Shown: piece after piece, positions 20,209-29,455 of the stretch
Layout of the letters: each line of letters opens with the position of its first letter
How positions within the stretch are numbered: the stretch's first letter is position 1
Assembly (NCBI GenBank): GCA_049516035.1
Contig: JBEKTM010000002.1
Span: 1-52,253, forward strand
Source of the DNA: Dehalococcoidia bacterium
GTDB lineage: Bacteria; Chloroflexota; Dehalococcoidia; GIF9; AB-539-J10
Reading direction: 5' to 3'
Length of the DNA: 52,253 bases
Position numbers and translations under genes: made by a program
The notes under the pieces: model-generated
What the model saw: only the letters and a program-made list of their open reading frames with translations
The model's database searches: none
Told to the model about the DNA's origin: nothing

Positions 20209-20309
20209 AGTAGACAGTAGTCAGTATTCAGAATGCAAAATTCAGAAGATTTCCTACTCACTACTGACTACTGTCTCCTGACTACTGACTCCTGACTACT
20301 GACTCCTGA
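20209..20309. repeat. Heptamer tract CT(A/C)CTG(A/T) x8 with inverted upstream arm
   Basis: Units at 20254-20309; TAGTAGACAGTAGTCAG at 20209. Confidence 0.8.
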
Positions 20310-20449
20310 CCACCTATGTCTAGGACTTTATCGCTATTACTAAAGGGTTATTGACAGTGAGGATTGGAGAAGCTTACACTTAATTATAAATATACTCAAA
20401 TATACCATAACAGATAGAGGAGATACTGGCTCTGGCTGGTGTCTTGTTC

Positions 20450-20661
20450 TGTCGTTGCGAGTCCCGATTTATCGGGACGAAGCAACGTGGCGGCGGCCTC
20501 CTGTCATTGCGAGGGGCGAAAGCCCTGAAGCAATCTCGGTGGGGGCAATAGAGATTGCCACGCTCCCGCCTGCCAAGCCTTGGCCTGCTTGCGCTAAAGC
20601 TTTAGCGAAGGCAAGCGGGCAGGTCGCTCGCAATGACAAAGGGGAAGGCTCGCAATGACAA
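20450..20661. repeat. Nested family A repeats
   Basis: TGTCGTTGCGAG/TGTCATTGCGAG...CTCGCAATGACA x2. Confidence 0.8.
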
Positions 20662-20713
20662 GAAAGGTGTGGCGAAATTAGGGATCTAAGGAGCCTACTA
20701 AAGGGTAAAAGGC

Positions 20714-21781
20714 ATGGATATTTTCGCACTGCTCCGGCTAGGTAAGTCCAGGAGGGCCAGCGACTTGCATATGGTGGCTGGTAGTCCGGCAGTGTTACGC
20801 ATTGACGGCTCTCTGGTACCGGCAGACGGTGTTATTCCCCTAACCCCTGAGGATATAAACGAAGCTTTTCTGCAGCTAACCACAGCCGAGGAGAGGGAAC
20901 ACTTCCATCGCCAGCTGGAGCTTGACTTTGGCTATAGCTTACCTGATGTCGGTCGTCTGCGTTGCAATGCCGCCCAGCAGCGTGGGACTATCAGCCTGGC
21001 CGTGCGCTTGCTGCCGCCAAAAATCCCTACCATAGATGAACTGGAGCTGCCCCAGATATGTAAAGATCTGGCCTTGAAGCCCAGAGGGCTGGTAGTAATT
21101 ACTGGACCGACCGGCAGTGGTAAAAGTACCACCATAGCAGCTATGATTCAGCACTTGAATCATTATGAGACTCGCCATGTGGTTACCATCGAAGACCCCA
21201 TAGAATATGTTCACCCCTGCATTAAATGTTCTGTGACCCAGCGTCAGTTAGGCTCTGACACCCTGTCCTTTGCTAATGCTCTAAAGCATATCTTAAGGCA
21301 GGACCCGGATGTGATTCTGGTCGGGGAGATGAGAGACACGGAGACTGCCGATGCTGTCCTTACCGTAGCTGAGACCGGGCACTTTATATTAACTACCGGT
21401 CATGCTCCCAGCGCTACTCAGGCCATGGAGAGAATAATAGACCTGTTCCCGCCTCATGAGCGCCACCTGGCTCAGACACGGCTGGCTTCTCTACTTGTGG
21501 CTGCGTTGTGTCAGGTGCTGGTGCCCCGGGCTGATGGCACAGGAAGGATAGCCGCCGTAGAAATTATGCTCGGCAATCCGGCAGTGAAGAGCCTCATTCG
21601 AGAAGGCAAAATCTACCAACTGCCCAATGTCATCCGTACCCACCGGGACATAGGCATGATTTCGCTTGACGAAGCCCTGGTCGCTCTCTATCTTAAGAAC
21701 ATCATCAGTGGCAAAACCGTGCTCGATTTCTGCAACGACCGCCAGGAAGTGGAAAAACTCATCGGCAGAATAAAGGTATAG
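20714..21781 (+). CDS. pilT: Pilus retraction ATPase
   Basis: 'ASDLH', GPTGSGKST, 'TIEDPIEY', 'LRQDPDVILVGEMRD', AIRNLIRE-like 'AVKSLIRE'. Confidence 0.93.
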   Translation: MDIFALLRLGKSRRASDLHMVAGSPAVLRIDGSLVPADGVIPLTPEDINEAFLQLTTAEEREHFHRQLELDFGYSLPDVGRLRCNAAQQRGTISLAVRLLPPKIPTIDELELPQICKDLALKPRGLVVITGPTGSGKSTTIAAMIQHLNHYETRHVVTIEDPIEYVHPCIKCSVTQRQLGSDTLSFANALKHILRQDPDVILVGEMRDTETADAVLTVAETGHFILTTGHAPSATQAMERIIDLFPPHERHLAQTRLASLLVAALCQVLVPRADGTGRIAAVEIMLGNPAVKSLIREGKIYQLPNVIRTHRDIGMISLDEALVALYLKNIISGKTVLDFCNDRQEVEKLIGRIKV

Positions 21782-22002
21782 TCAAGCACGGAACACGGGT
21801 AAATTCCAAACTCCAAATGACAAACGAAATCCCAATATAGGCTTCAGTAGTCAGGAGCCAGAAGTCAGTAGCCAGTAGCGGAATCTTCTGAATTCTGACT
21901 ACTGTCTACTAGTTTTGTGATTTGGTATCTGGGCTTTGGGTTTTGAGGTTTCCTCTTCAGAGATTGCTTCGTCGCTATGCTCCTCGCAATAACAAAGCCA
22001 AA

Positions 22003-22221
22003 CTATAGCTTTTCCCAGCTATCTCTGTCTATTCCCGCCTGCTTAAGAATCCTCGAGAGCAATTCCCTTCCGATGTCCCCCCGGTGAGGATTAGGAAGCC
22101 GCAAGCGAATCACGCCTTTGAACATAAATTGGTGTTTTCCACCAGAGTAGGGACCTTCAAAACCCAAGATTTGTAGATATGTGATTAGCTCAGCTCTTTT
22201 TATAGGCCCAAGGCGGGGCAC
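22003..22221 (-). CDS. hicA: HicA-family toxin
   Basis: 'GFEGPYSGGKHQFM...LPNPH..DI...LL.RILKQAG'. Confidence 0.88.
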   Translation of the reverse strand: MPRLGPIKRAELITYLQILGFEGPYSGGKHQFMFKGVIRLRLPNPHRGDIGRELLSRILKQAGIDRDSWEKL

Positions 22222-22463
22222 TAAACTGCTTCCTCCACTGCCAATTTAATTCCGTCAACAATTGGCAATGGTAGATGGCGAGATATGCCAAACATAATCC
22301 ATTCCTCTAGGACTTCTTTCAATTCGCTGTGGCATGTTTCCAAATCCTCAGCATTGGCATAAACGCCATCAAATCCAGGGATATATCCGTAAAATGTATT
22401 GTCATCACAGAGGATTTCATATTTTGCCTTCCTCATGGCTGCTTCGATATATTCTGTTAGCAT
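22221..22463 (-). CDS. hicB: HicB-family antitoxin (short)
   Basis: 'MLTEYIEAAM..AKYE...FYG.IPGF.GVYA...LEEWI'; start reassigned to ATG 22463. Confidence 0.88.
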   Translation of the reverse strand: MLTEYIEAAMRKAKYEILCDDNTFYGYIPGFDGVYANAEDLETCHSELKEVLEEWIMFGISRHLPLPIVDGIKLAVEEAV

Positions 22464-23043
22464 GACTATCCTCTGCACTAATTGTAGTATAGGCCAGCGA
22501 GCATTGTCAAAGGGAATTGTTCCACGGCTGAACGAAGAATCTCGTGCCTCGCAATGACAAGAGGAGAGAGTACCTCGCAATGACAGAGGGGTGTCATTGC
22601 GGTGAGCCAAAGCCCTGAGCATAGCGAAGGGGAGGCGTGGCAATCTCCTGTTTGGACATTGGTATTTCGGGCTTGGAATTTGTTTAGGATTTGAATGGTC
22701 GTGAAGGAAGGGATTCCTTCACGCCTCGAAAGGCTTTTAGCGCCCAATAGACTCTCGCACAACCAAATCCTTGCAAAAAGTAAAAGTAAAAATGCAAAGT
22801 GACAGAGCAACAGTAAATAAAAAATTAAAATGCAAAAAGCAAAGATACAAGGAAGGATATAAGTATTTCAAGTTTTACATTTTGAGTTGTCATTTTGATT
22901 TTTGACCTTTGATTTTTGAATTTCTATAATTATTTGGTATTTGGTGCTTGTGATTTAAATTCTCTTTCGCTAACTGCCGACCGCTGAATGCTGACTACTG
23001 GCTCCTACCTTTAACGAGAGCCTTGCTGGCGGGCGCAAAAGGA

Positions 23044-23073
23044 ACTGGCGGCGAAGTCACCTTCGCCGCCAGT
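23044..23073 (-). terminator. Terminator of major pilin
   Basis: ACTGGCGGCGAAG-TCAC-CTTCGCCGCCAGT followed by TCCTTTT on minus strand. Confidence 0.75.
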
Positions 23074-23113
23074 CTTCAGTTTCAGGCACGAAATTTAGGA
23101 TTACTCGTACGTA

Positions 23114-23566
23114 TTACGACGCCTTCCAGTTGCTGGTTGCGTTGTTCCACACAATTGCGGACCCCCAACCACTAGTGATCATAGCGTCGCCTGACAGTAT
23201 GCGACCATCCACATTGATGTCGTACGCCGCCTTCAATGGTCCGTAGACATAAGTACCGGCGTCATAGGTGGTACCGTTGCCCGCACTCTGGGCCTGTATG
23301 ACACCATTGCCACCACTCCACTCCCCAAACGCTGAAAGTGTGCCGGTCTGGGCGTCTGCCATGCAGGCTATGACGGCTGTCTGGACCTGGTGCAGCTCGG
23401 TATTGGCTGCCTGCAACGTTCCTCGGCCGAAGAAGCTACCAACGTTCAGGGCGACCACTGCAGCGATCACGCCCAGGATGGCAATCACCACCAGTAACTC
23501 AATCAAGGTGAAGCCCTTCTCTCCATGATGCATACACTTAAACATAGGATATTTTGTCTTTAACAT
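23114..23566 (-). CDS. pilA: Major type IV pilin
   Basis: 'GEKG|FTLIELLVVIAILGVIAAVV'; monocistronic with its own promoter, strong SD and terminator. Confidence 0.88.
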   Translation of the reverse strand: MLKTKYPMFKCMHHGEKGFTLIELLVVIAILGVIAAVVALNVGSFFGRGTLQAANTELHQVQTAVIACMADAQTGTLSAFGEWSGGNGVIQAQSAGNGTTYDAGTYVYGPLKAAYDINVDGRILSGDAMITSGWGSAIVWNNATSNWKAS

Positions 23567-23726
23567 TTTTTACTCTTTTTTCCTCCTTGTTTTGATTTTT
23601 TTGGAGCTTAGCTCCAGTAAGCTAGTTTATAGGTATATTATAGTGTAACCCTGTCTCACCTCCTTTACTGTTTTAGATTTAGCTCCAGTAATTCATCGCA
23701 TCTGGATAGTATTGAATATACTACTA

Positions 23727-23755
23727 ATACTACAGTGCAATCGCATCGGCGTCAA
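23727..23755 (-). promoter_or_regulatory. Pilin promoter
   Basis: TTGACG-17bp-TAGTAT. Confidence 0.55.
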
Positions 23756-23820
23756 TCACCCATTAGTCATAGGAAGACGGTACCAGCCCCAGCACGCCTC
23801 CCCACCGCAAATGCCAAATG

Positions 23821-24268
23821 TCAAACACTCATGTAGTGCGACCTTTTAAGGTCGTGCCATCATTCCGTTGCACGAGGCTGAAGCCTCGCACTACATCTTT
23901 GCTCGCCCGCCACCCTTCTTGTCATTGCGAGCGACCTGCCTGCTTGCCTTCGCTAAAGCTTTAGCGCAAGCAGGCCAAGGCTTGTCAGGCGGGAGCGCGG
24001 CAATCTCACCAGCGCCACCTAGATTGCTTCGGTCGCTACGTTCCTCGCAATGACAGGGGGAAAGAAATCCTCGCAATGACAAAGGAGGATGTGTCATTGC
24101 AGTGAGCCAAAGCCCTGAGCATAGCGAAGGGGAAGCGTGGCAATCTCACCAGTACCACCCAGATTGCTTCGGTCGCTACGCTCCTCGCAATGACAGGGGG
24201 AAAGAAATCCTCGCAACGACAGGAAGGAGGGGTCATTGCGAGCCCCGACTTATCGGGGCGTGGCAATC
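23821..24268. repeat. Mosaic array of GTAG REP and family A modules
   Basis: Blocks match 13700-13815, 20558-20639, 11713-11750 and 22591-22647. Confidence 0.85.
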
Positions 24269-24335
24269 CCCATTGGTTACATTCCAAACATACGGTGCTC
24301 TGTAATTAGTAAGGGAATCTTCTGAATGCTGAATT

Positions 24336-24437
<102 letters not shown>

Positions 24438-25805
24438 CTACACTTGACTGACCTCGAAGACTCTTATTCCCTGGCGGTGAGCAAACTGCCTGCCTTCCTT
24501 GGTGAGTCCGGGAACAGCGATAAAGACCTTGTCCAGAATACCGGCATCGTAAGCCTTGTCGTCGAAGTTAAATACCTTATCCAATCCCGTGGGCTTCTCA
24601 GCCACCTCAATGCCAATAGCAATATGATGAGTAATGATGCCCTCGTCCTTGGTAGCCAGTATGTCTATATTGTGGGCAGCGCCGGAGCGGCCTTTGATTT
24701 CAGCCTTTTCCTTTACTCTATAGCCTCTTTTCTCCAGGTATTGTATAAGTTGTGATTTGGACTTAAATTTGAAAGGCTCCTCGGCTGTTTCCGGCATTGG
24801 TTGAGGATTGCCTACCAGCACTATCTCCAGGTCTTTGGGTTCCAGCACCTTTATCCTCTGGTAGCTGGCAAATTTCTTCGCCTCTTCGACTAACTCGGGG
24901 ATGACAATCAGTATTTTATTGTGGATGCCGCTATCGTAGGCTTTGACATCAAAATCCAGTACCTTGTCCAGTCCTATCCTATCCCTGGCAATTGCAATCC
25001 CGATAGCGACAGTATGGGTAACGATGCCGTCATCTCTGGTAGCCAGTATGTCCACGATATGTTCTGCCCCTGACCTTCCCTGTGTTCTGGCATTCTCTGT
25101 TACTTTGTAGCCGAGCTGCCTCAGGAATTTGACGAACCGCACTTTAGGCTGAAGTTCAAATTCCATCCAGTTTCTCTTCGATTCATTAAAGTTATATGCG
25201 TAGATAACTACCTCGTCAACCTCATCCTCGGTGGCCAGCGAGGAGCATTTCAGACAGCGCCACTTTAGAAAGGGCACGGTAAATATCTCGCTGCAATCAC
25301 GGCACTTGTATAACACTCCCTGGCTCCGGTAATCGGTGCCCACAGTCCGCAACTCCATTTTACATCTGGGGCATACATATTTACCCCTGGCTATGGCTGT
25401 AAATTCGTCTTCGACTCCGACATAGTTGCAGGCAAGGTGCTCCAGGATTCGGCCCCGGGTAATATATCCTGAGCTACATTTAGGGCAGTGGCTGCTTGGT
25501 CTTAAATGTGGCGACTGGCACCGGCGACAACGGATGAGCCTGTCGAAGAAAGTCTTGGTCACGATATCTTTAGCAGCCAGGGATTCCAAAATTGCTACTG
25601 CTTCCTTGCCTTTGACCTTTATTGTTTGGTCAACGACTGGATAGGTGAAGCCCAGCTCAGTTGAAAAATCATACTGGGGTTTAATATCAGTAATCCTCCC
25701 TGCCAGCATTTCGGCTATCAATTTTATAACTGTCTCACTAAGTGCCATGCCGCTTACGACTTGTGGGTATTCTGCTACTTTTGCCGCCTTATCGACTTCT
25801 GCCAT
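24438..25805 (-). CDS. TackOD1-like multi-Zn-ribbon protein with two C-terminal degenerate REase-fold domains
   Basis: CRRC, CPKC, HLAC, CPRC, CRDC, CLKC with 'GTDY'; two 'GRSG..H..DILA...KAYD.G' repeats. Confidence 0.75.
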   Translation of the reverse strand: MAEVDKAAKVAEYPQVVSGMALSETVIKLIAEMLAGRITDIKPQYDFSTELGFTYPVVDQTIKVKGKEAVAILESLAAKDIVTKTFFDRLIRCRRCQSPHLRPSSHCPKCSSGYITRGRILEHLACNYVGVEDEFTAIARGKYVCPRCKMELRTVGTDYRSQGVLYKCRDCSEIFTVPFLKWRCLKCSSLATEDEVDEVVIYAYNFNESKRNWMEFELQPKVRFVKFLRQLGYKVTENARTQGRSGAEHIVDILATRDDGIVTHTVAIGIAIARDRIGLDKVLDFDVKAYDSGIHNKILIVIPELVEEAKKFASYQRIKVLEPKDLEIVLVGNPQPMPETAEEPFKFKSKSQLIQYLEKRGYRVKEKAEIKGRSGAAHNIDILATKDEGIITHHIAIGIEVAEKPTGLDKVFNFDDKAYDAGILDKVFIAVPGLTKEGRQFAHRQGIRVFEVSQV

Positions 25806-25832
25806 ATCTTGCCTCCGTTTACGTAGTTAGAA

Positions 25833-25863
25833 AAAGTATAATTCGCAATAGTGCGGAAGTCAA
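25833..25863 (-). promoter_or_regulatory. Promoter homologous to the pilB promoter
   Basis: TTGACT-17bp-TATACT. Confidence 0.65.
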
Positions 25864-26167
25864 TGAGAGAAAGGTACTGGTAGAGTACCATTTTGAAGGG
25901 AGGTGACTAAATGTGGAGAGAAGTTGGACAATTTGATATGACTTAAGGAATAGTTGTTTGCCTACTCACCTATCGCTGGCAACTGTCATGGAGACTCCGC
26001 AACTCGGAACATTAAACCTATAAAGCAAGCTATTATGATGGCCTTTACAAGTATATTAATTACAAACTGTACGTCCCAAAAGCCGATAATCGTTGCTACT
26101 ATCCCCACTCCACCTAGTATATAAGCCAGAGCTTTTCCCATACAACATTACCTCTTTGTCTTGGGCG

Positions 26168-26341
26168 TCACTCAGGGTTGCCCCAATATGTAGGTTTCTT
26201 CCATTCAGAGGCTTCTCCAGCCACTATAACTTCATATTTGCCCTCTGGATGGATCATTTTTGTGACATAACCCAGCCGCCTCATTTCCAGTTGATATTGT
26301 ATCGCCTCACCTTTGTCGTAAAATGTTATCTTTTTGACCAT
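26168..26341 (-). CDS. Small hypothetical protein (57 aa)
   Basis: MVKKITFYDKGEAIQYQLEMRRLGYVTKMIHPEGKYEVIVAGEASEWKKPTYWGNPE; GAAGG RBS and TTGACA-17-AATAAT upstream. Confidence 0.45.
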   Translation of the reverse strand: MVKKITFYDKGEAIQYQLEMRRLGYVTKMIHPEGKYEVIVAGEASEWKKPTYWGNPE

Positions 26342-26463
26342 ATTTGCCTTCTCTTAACTTATTATTGTTCTAGTCTGGTAATTTGTCAATATGTATTGGA
26401 AGGACTGGTCAATCCTAGCTTCAAAATGTTAAGCAAAGTGTTAAGCAACGAAGGGACGTTTAC

Positions 26464-26546
26464 TGCCGAGGGAGGGACTCGAACCCACACTCCCTTACAG
26501 GAAGCGGATTTTAAGTCCGCCGCGTCTACCATTCCGCCACCTCGGC
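26464..26546 (-). tRNA. tRNA-Leu(TAA)
   Basis: GCCGAGG acceptor, GCGGA-CT-TAA-AA-TCCGC, long variable arm, GGTTCGAGTCC. Confidence 0.95.
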
Positions 26547-26567
26547 TTGGTAATCGATAAGTGAAGA

Positions 26568-26640
26568 AGGCGGCGGGCGGATTCGAACCGCCGTATCGGG
26601 GTTTTGCAGACCCCTGCCTTAACCTCTTGGCTACACCGCC
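26568..26640 (-). tRNA. tRNA-Cys(GCA)
   Basis: GGGGT-CT-GCA-AA-ACCCC; GGTTCGAATCC. Confidence 0.95.
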
Positions 26641-26657
26641 GCGGCTACCAAATTCAC

Positions 26658-26732
26658 TGGAGCGGAAGACGGGATTCGAACCCGCGACCTCCTCCTTGGC
26701 AAGGAGGCGTTCTACCGCTGAACTACTTCCGC
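26658..26732 (-). tRNA. tRNA-Gly(GCC)
   Basis: CCTCC-TT-GCC-AA-GGAGG; encoded CCA. Confidence 0.95.
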
Positions 26733-26792
26733 TCTAAGTAGATTTTAACGCCTTTTTTTACGCTCCGCAAGCCAATGCAGTGGTTCACACAA

Positions 26793-26985
26793 CTAGTGAC
26801 ATCTCTTTTTTGTCATTGCGAGAAGCGGGATTCCTCGCTTGCGCTTCGGAACAGGCTACGCAATCCCGGTGAGGTGCAATATGATTGCCACGCCCCGACA
26901 GGTCGGGGCTCGCAATGACAGACACGTTATTTTATCCAACATTACAAACATACGAAGTGTCACTCGTCTATCTGAACTAAATCAG
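26793..26985 (-). repeat. Composite MITE-like element, copy 2 (inverted)
   Basis: Reverse complement nearly identical to 38062-38254. Confidence 0.8.
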
Positions 26986-26992
26986 TCAATCA

Positions 26993-27079
26993 TGGTGCCG
27001 AGGGGGAGATTTGAACTCCCACGGGCTTGCGCCCACCACCCCCTCAAGATGGCGTGTCTGCCTATTCCACCACCTCGGC
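26993..27079 (-). tRNA. tRNA-Leu(GAG)
   Basis: CCATC-TT-GAG-GG-GGTGG; CCA end. Confidence 0.95.
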
Positions 27080-27131
27080 TCAATACTCCTGAAAAACCTC
27101 GTTTTCCAAGGGATACCAAATTTAGCTTTTC

Positions 27132-27209
27132 TGGCAGGGGCGGCAGGACTCGAACCCGCGACCTGCGGTTTTGGAGACCGCTGCTCTAGCCAAACTGAGC
27201 TACGCCCCT
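27132..27209 (-). tRNA. tRNA-Trp(CCA)
   Basis: GCGGT-CT-CCA-AA-ACCGC; CCA end. Confidence 0.95.
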
Positions 27210-27234
27210 TAAATCAGCGTAATTATATCAAAAA

Positions 27235-27308
27235 TACCCCTGGGGCGACTCGAACGCCCGACACGCGGTTTAGGAAACCGCTGCTCTATCCATCTGAGCT
27301 ACAGGGGC
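27235..27308 (-). tRNA. tRNA-Arg(CCT), integration target
   Basis: GCGGT-TT-CCT-AA-ACCGC; GTTCGAGTC. Confidence 0.93.
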
Positions 27309-27310
27309 AC
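27270..27310. repeat. att core, integrase-proximal
   Basis: TTAGGAAACCGCTGCTCTATCCATCTGAGCTACAGGGGCAC. Confidence 0.92.
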
Positions 27311-27371
27311 AAGCTAATTTTAAGGCATTACTAGACATAATCGGGGGGATTGACGTTAAATTGCCGTTATT

Positions 27372-28517
27372 TTATTTTTCACTGGCACTTTTCCCAGGCG
27401 GCAACACTTCATCCAGTAATGCCATAGCTTCCGATTGCATCCCTTCAATTATATGTGAGTAAGTATCCATTGTAAAGGCTACGCTAGAATGTCCTAGAGC
27501 TTCAGAGATAACCTTTGGCTTGGCCCCGCGTAGTAACATGAGGCTGGCGAAGGTATGACGTAAATCATGGAAGCGGACATTCTTTAGCCCAGCTCTTTTT
27601 GCCAGCCTGGCGAAGTTGTGACTCAACACACCCGGATCAATGGGCTCACCTTCTGCATTAGAAAATACCAGATCATCGAGTTTAGGCAATCTTCCTAAAT
27701 GTAAGAATAGGGATTCCCTCTCCCCTTTGTATTCTGTCAGGTAGTTAGCCAGTTTAGACATCATATTAACATTGCGCCGACTGTGCTCTGTCTTGGGTTC
27801 TTTGAACTCAATCACCCCATGCCTTTTATAGAGTGTTTGACAAACCGATATCGATTTTGATTCAAGGTCAACGTCTCGCCATCTTAAGCCTAGTAATTCA
27901 GCCTGTCTGAGACCACTACTGACCGCGGTATAAATTACTGGGTAGTATTGATTGTCCTCAGCCATTTTTAGAAGGACTTCGGCTTCAGCTGGGGTTAGGG
28001 TCCGCATTCTCCGTTTTATTTGCTTTAGCGAACCTTTGATATCTACCAACTCACAAGGGTTGCGGGCCAAAATCCCAAGACGGCAAGCATATTTCAAAGC
28101 TTGGGACAATACCCGGTGTTGGTGGTGAACTGTCCTGGGCGATAGTGTTTCTCTGGCTTTACTGTAATAGCGTTCTATCATCTGATGGTCAAGATGTTTC
28201 AACTGGACAAGGCCCAGGTTTGGTATCAAGTGGTGCTCTATAATTGACTGGTAGCCATCTTGTGTTCTCGGTGAGCAATTGGTTTTGACATACCCACTAA
28301 GCCAGTTGCGAAGATGCTCCGCCACTGTGATACGTCCGCGAGGGGGACAGACACCTTTATCAAGACTGGATAATAGCTCGGTCAACCGTCTCTGCGCATC
28401 ACCCTTGCGGCCTCGTATTGTTTCAAAGTGACGCTTTCGTTTGCCGTCTGGTCCTGCGCCGGTATAGATTTGAATTTGCCAGCCGTTTTTGCCTCTTTGC
28501 CTTATTGATCCTCTCAT
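27372..28517 (-). CDS. int: Tyrosine integrase
   Basis: 'SGLRQAELLGLRW', 'KEPKT', 'RFHDLRHT', 'LGHSS...T.DTYSH'. Confidence 0.96.
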   Translation of the reverse strand: MRGSIRQRGKNGWQIQIYTGAGPDGKRKRHFETIRGRKGDAQRRLTELLSSLDKGVCPPRGRITVAEHLRNWLSGYVKTNCSPRTQDGYQSIIEHHLIPNLGLVQLKHLDHQMIERYYSKARETLSPRTVHHQHRVLSQALKYACRLGILARNPCELVDIKGSLKQIKRRMRTLTPAEAEVLLKMAEDNQYYPVIYTAVSSGLRQAELLGLRWRDVDLESKSISVCQTLYKRHGVIEFKEPKTEHSRRNVNMMSKLANYLTEYKGERESLFLHLGRLPKLDDLVFSNAEGEPIDPGVLSHNFARLAKRAGLKNVRFHDLRHTFASLMLLRGAKPKVISEALGHSSVAFTMDTYSHIIEGMQSEAMALLDEVLPPGKSASEK

Positions 28518-29161
28518 TTTGACCTGCCTCTCTTTTGTTTCTTTTTCTTTATCCCCTCTCTTACCTGGTCAACACCGTCCTTAATTCCCCTCTCTGTATC
28601 TTCCCGTGTCTCTGCTAGTAGCCATAGAAATGACTCAAAACCAGATATCGCCACTGGTAGACCCATCAGTGCCCTATCAAGCTCTGTAGAATTGAAAGGA
28701 CGGCTTATAAGTTCAAATATAAGCTCAGTGCGGGCATGACGGGATGCTATAAAGGATAACCTCTTTGTATCCTGTTCAAACATTGATAACCGGGCTGTCC
28801 ATTTTGCCTCACGGATGGTAAAGGTATCACCCCTCGAAATTCTGGACTTCCACACTTTGAACAATACCTCGAGTGCTTCTGGGGTAGGAGGCTCAATTTT
28901 TAACTCAGGATACTTATTAATCTCTGCCGTACTCCAAGGTTCATCTTCAGGGCTAGGATTAGCCATGTTCCTCCTAACTTCAGCTAAACTCTTTTGAACG
29001 GTGCTTAAGCTAGGCCACCCTTTAGGTAGCTTACGATTATTTTTACGAATAGTCCCTTCCACTATGTTACGTATCCCTGGTGCTTTCCACTTGGGATGTT
29101 TCATATAGATGGATGTTATTAGGGCTTCGACTTCTGGTGTTACAATTGGGCCTTTTGCCAT
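28514..29161 (-). CDS. Hypothetical protein with N-terminal HTH-like segment, candidate repressor
   Basis: 'LITSIYMKHPKWKAPGI...PSLSTVQKSL' resembles transposase-type HTH; coupled to int. Confidence 0.5.
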   Translation of the reverse strand: MAKGPIVTPEVEALITSIYMKHPKWKAPGIRNIVEGTIRKNNRKLPKGWPSLSTVQKSLAEVRRNMANPSPEDEPWSTAEINKYPELKIEPPTPEALEVLFKVWKSRISRGDTFTIREAKWTARLSMFEQDTKRLSFIASRHARTELIFELISRPFNSTELDRALMGLPVAISGFESFLWLLAETREDTERGIKDGVDQVREGIKKKKQKRGRSK

Positions 29162-29267
29162 TTTCCCTTCCTTCCTGCATATCTACTTATTATAGCTAAT
29201 TTTCTTACTTGTCTATGTCATATGCTAAATTCTAGCTTACCCATATCCATACTAGCTTTGCAATAAC

Positions 29268-29326
29268 TTGACGCTAGATTGTCCCACTTTTATACTTATT
29301 ATAGAAATAATCTGTTTCATTGTCAA
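29268..29326. promoter_or_regulatory. Interlocked divergent promoters
   Basis: Plus: TTGACG-17-TATACT (29268-29296). Minus: TTGACA-17-TATAAT (29298-29326). Confidence 0.75.
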
Positions 29327-29455
29327 ATTTCACTGCCAAGGGAGGCTATTGGAACCAGAGCGAATAGTCTATGACAGGAGACACCTACCGGATTATAAAC
29401 CAGGGCAGCCTGGATGGTAAGGTAGAAAGACCTTAAGGAACACAATGGAGGGCAA

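Noticed and set aside
5490-21781. Type II secretion system
   Set aside because: PilT, PilM/N/O and a major pilin are present and no secretin is seen, which fits a monoderm type IV pilus
23114-23566. Electrically conductive pilin
   Set aside because: About 12 of 132 mature residues are aromatic (~9%), which is only borderline, with a ~33-aa gap; insufficient evidence
26839-27334. ORF-track proteins over tRNAs and repeats (also 9187, 11712, 13621, 14673, 17695, 20455, 23868-24305, 26093, 37778, 38145)
   Set aside because: They are translations of tRNA antisense or palindromic repeat DNA with no protein-family signal
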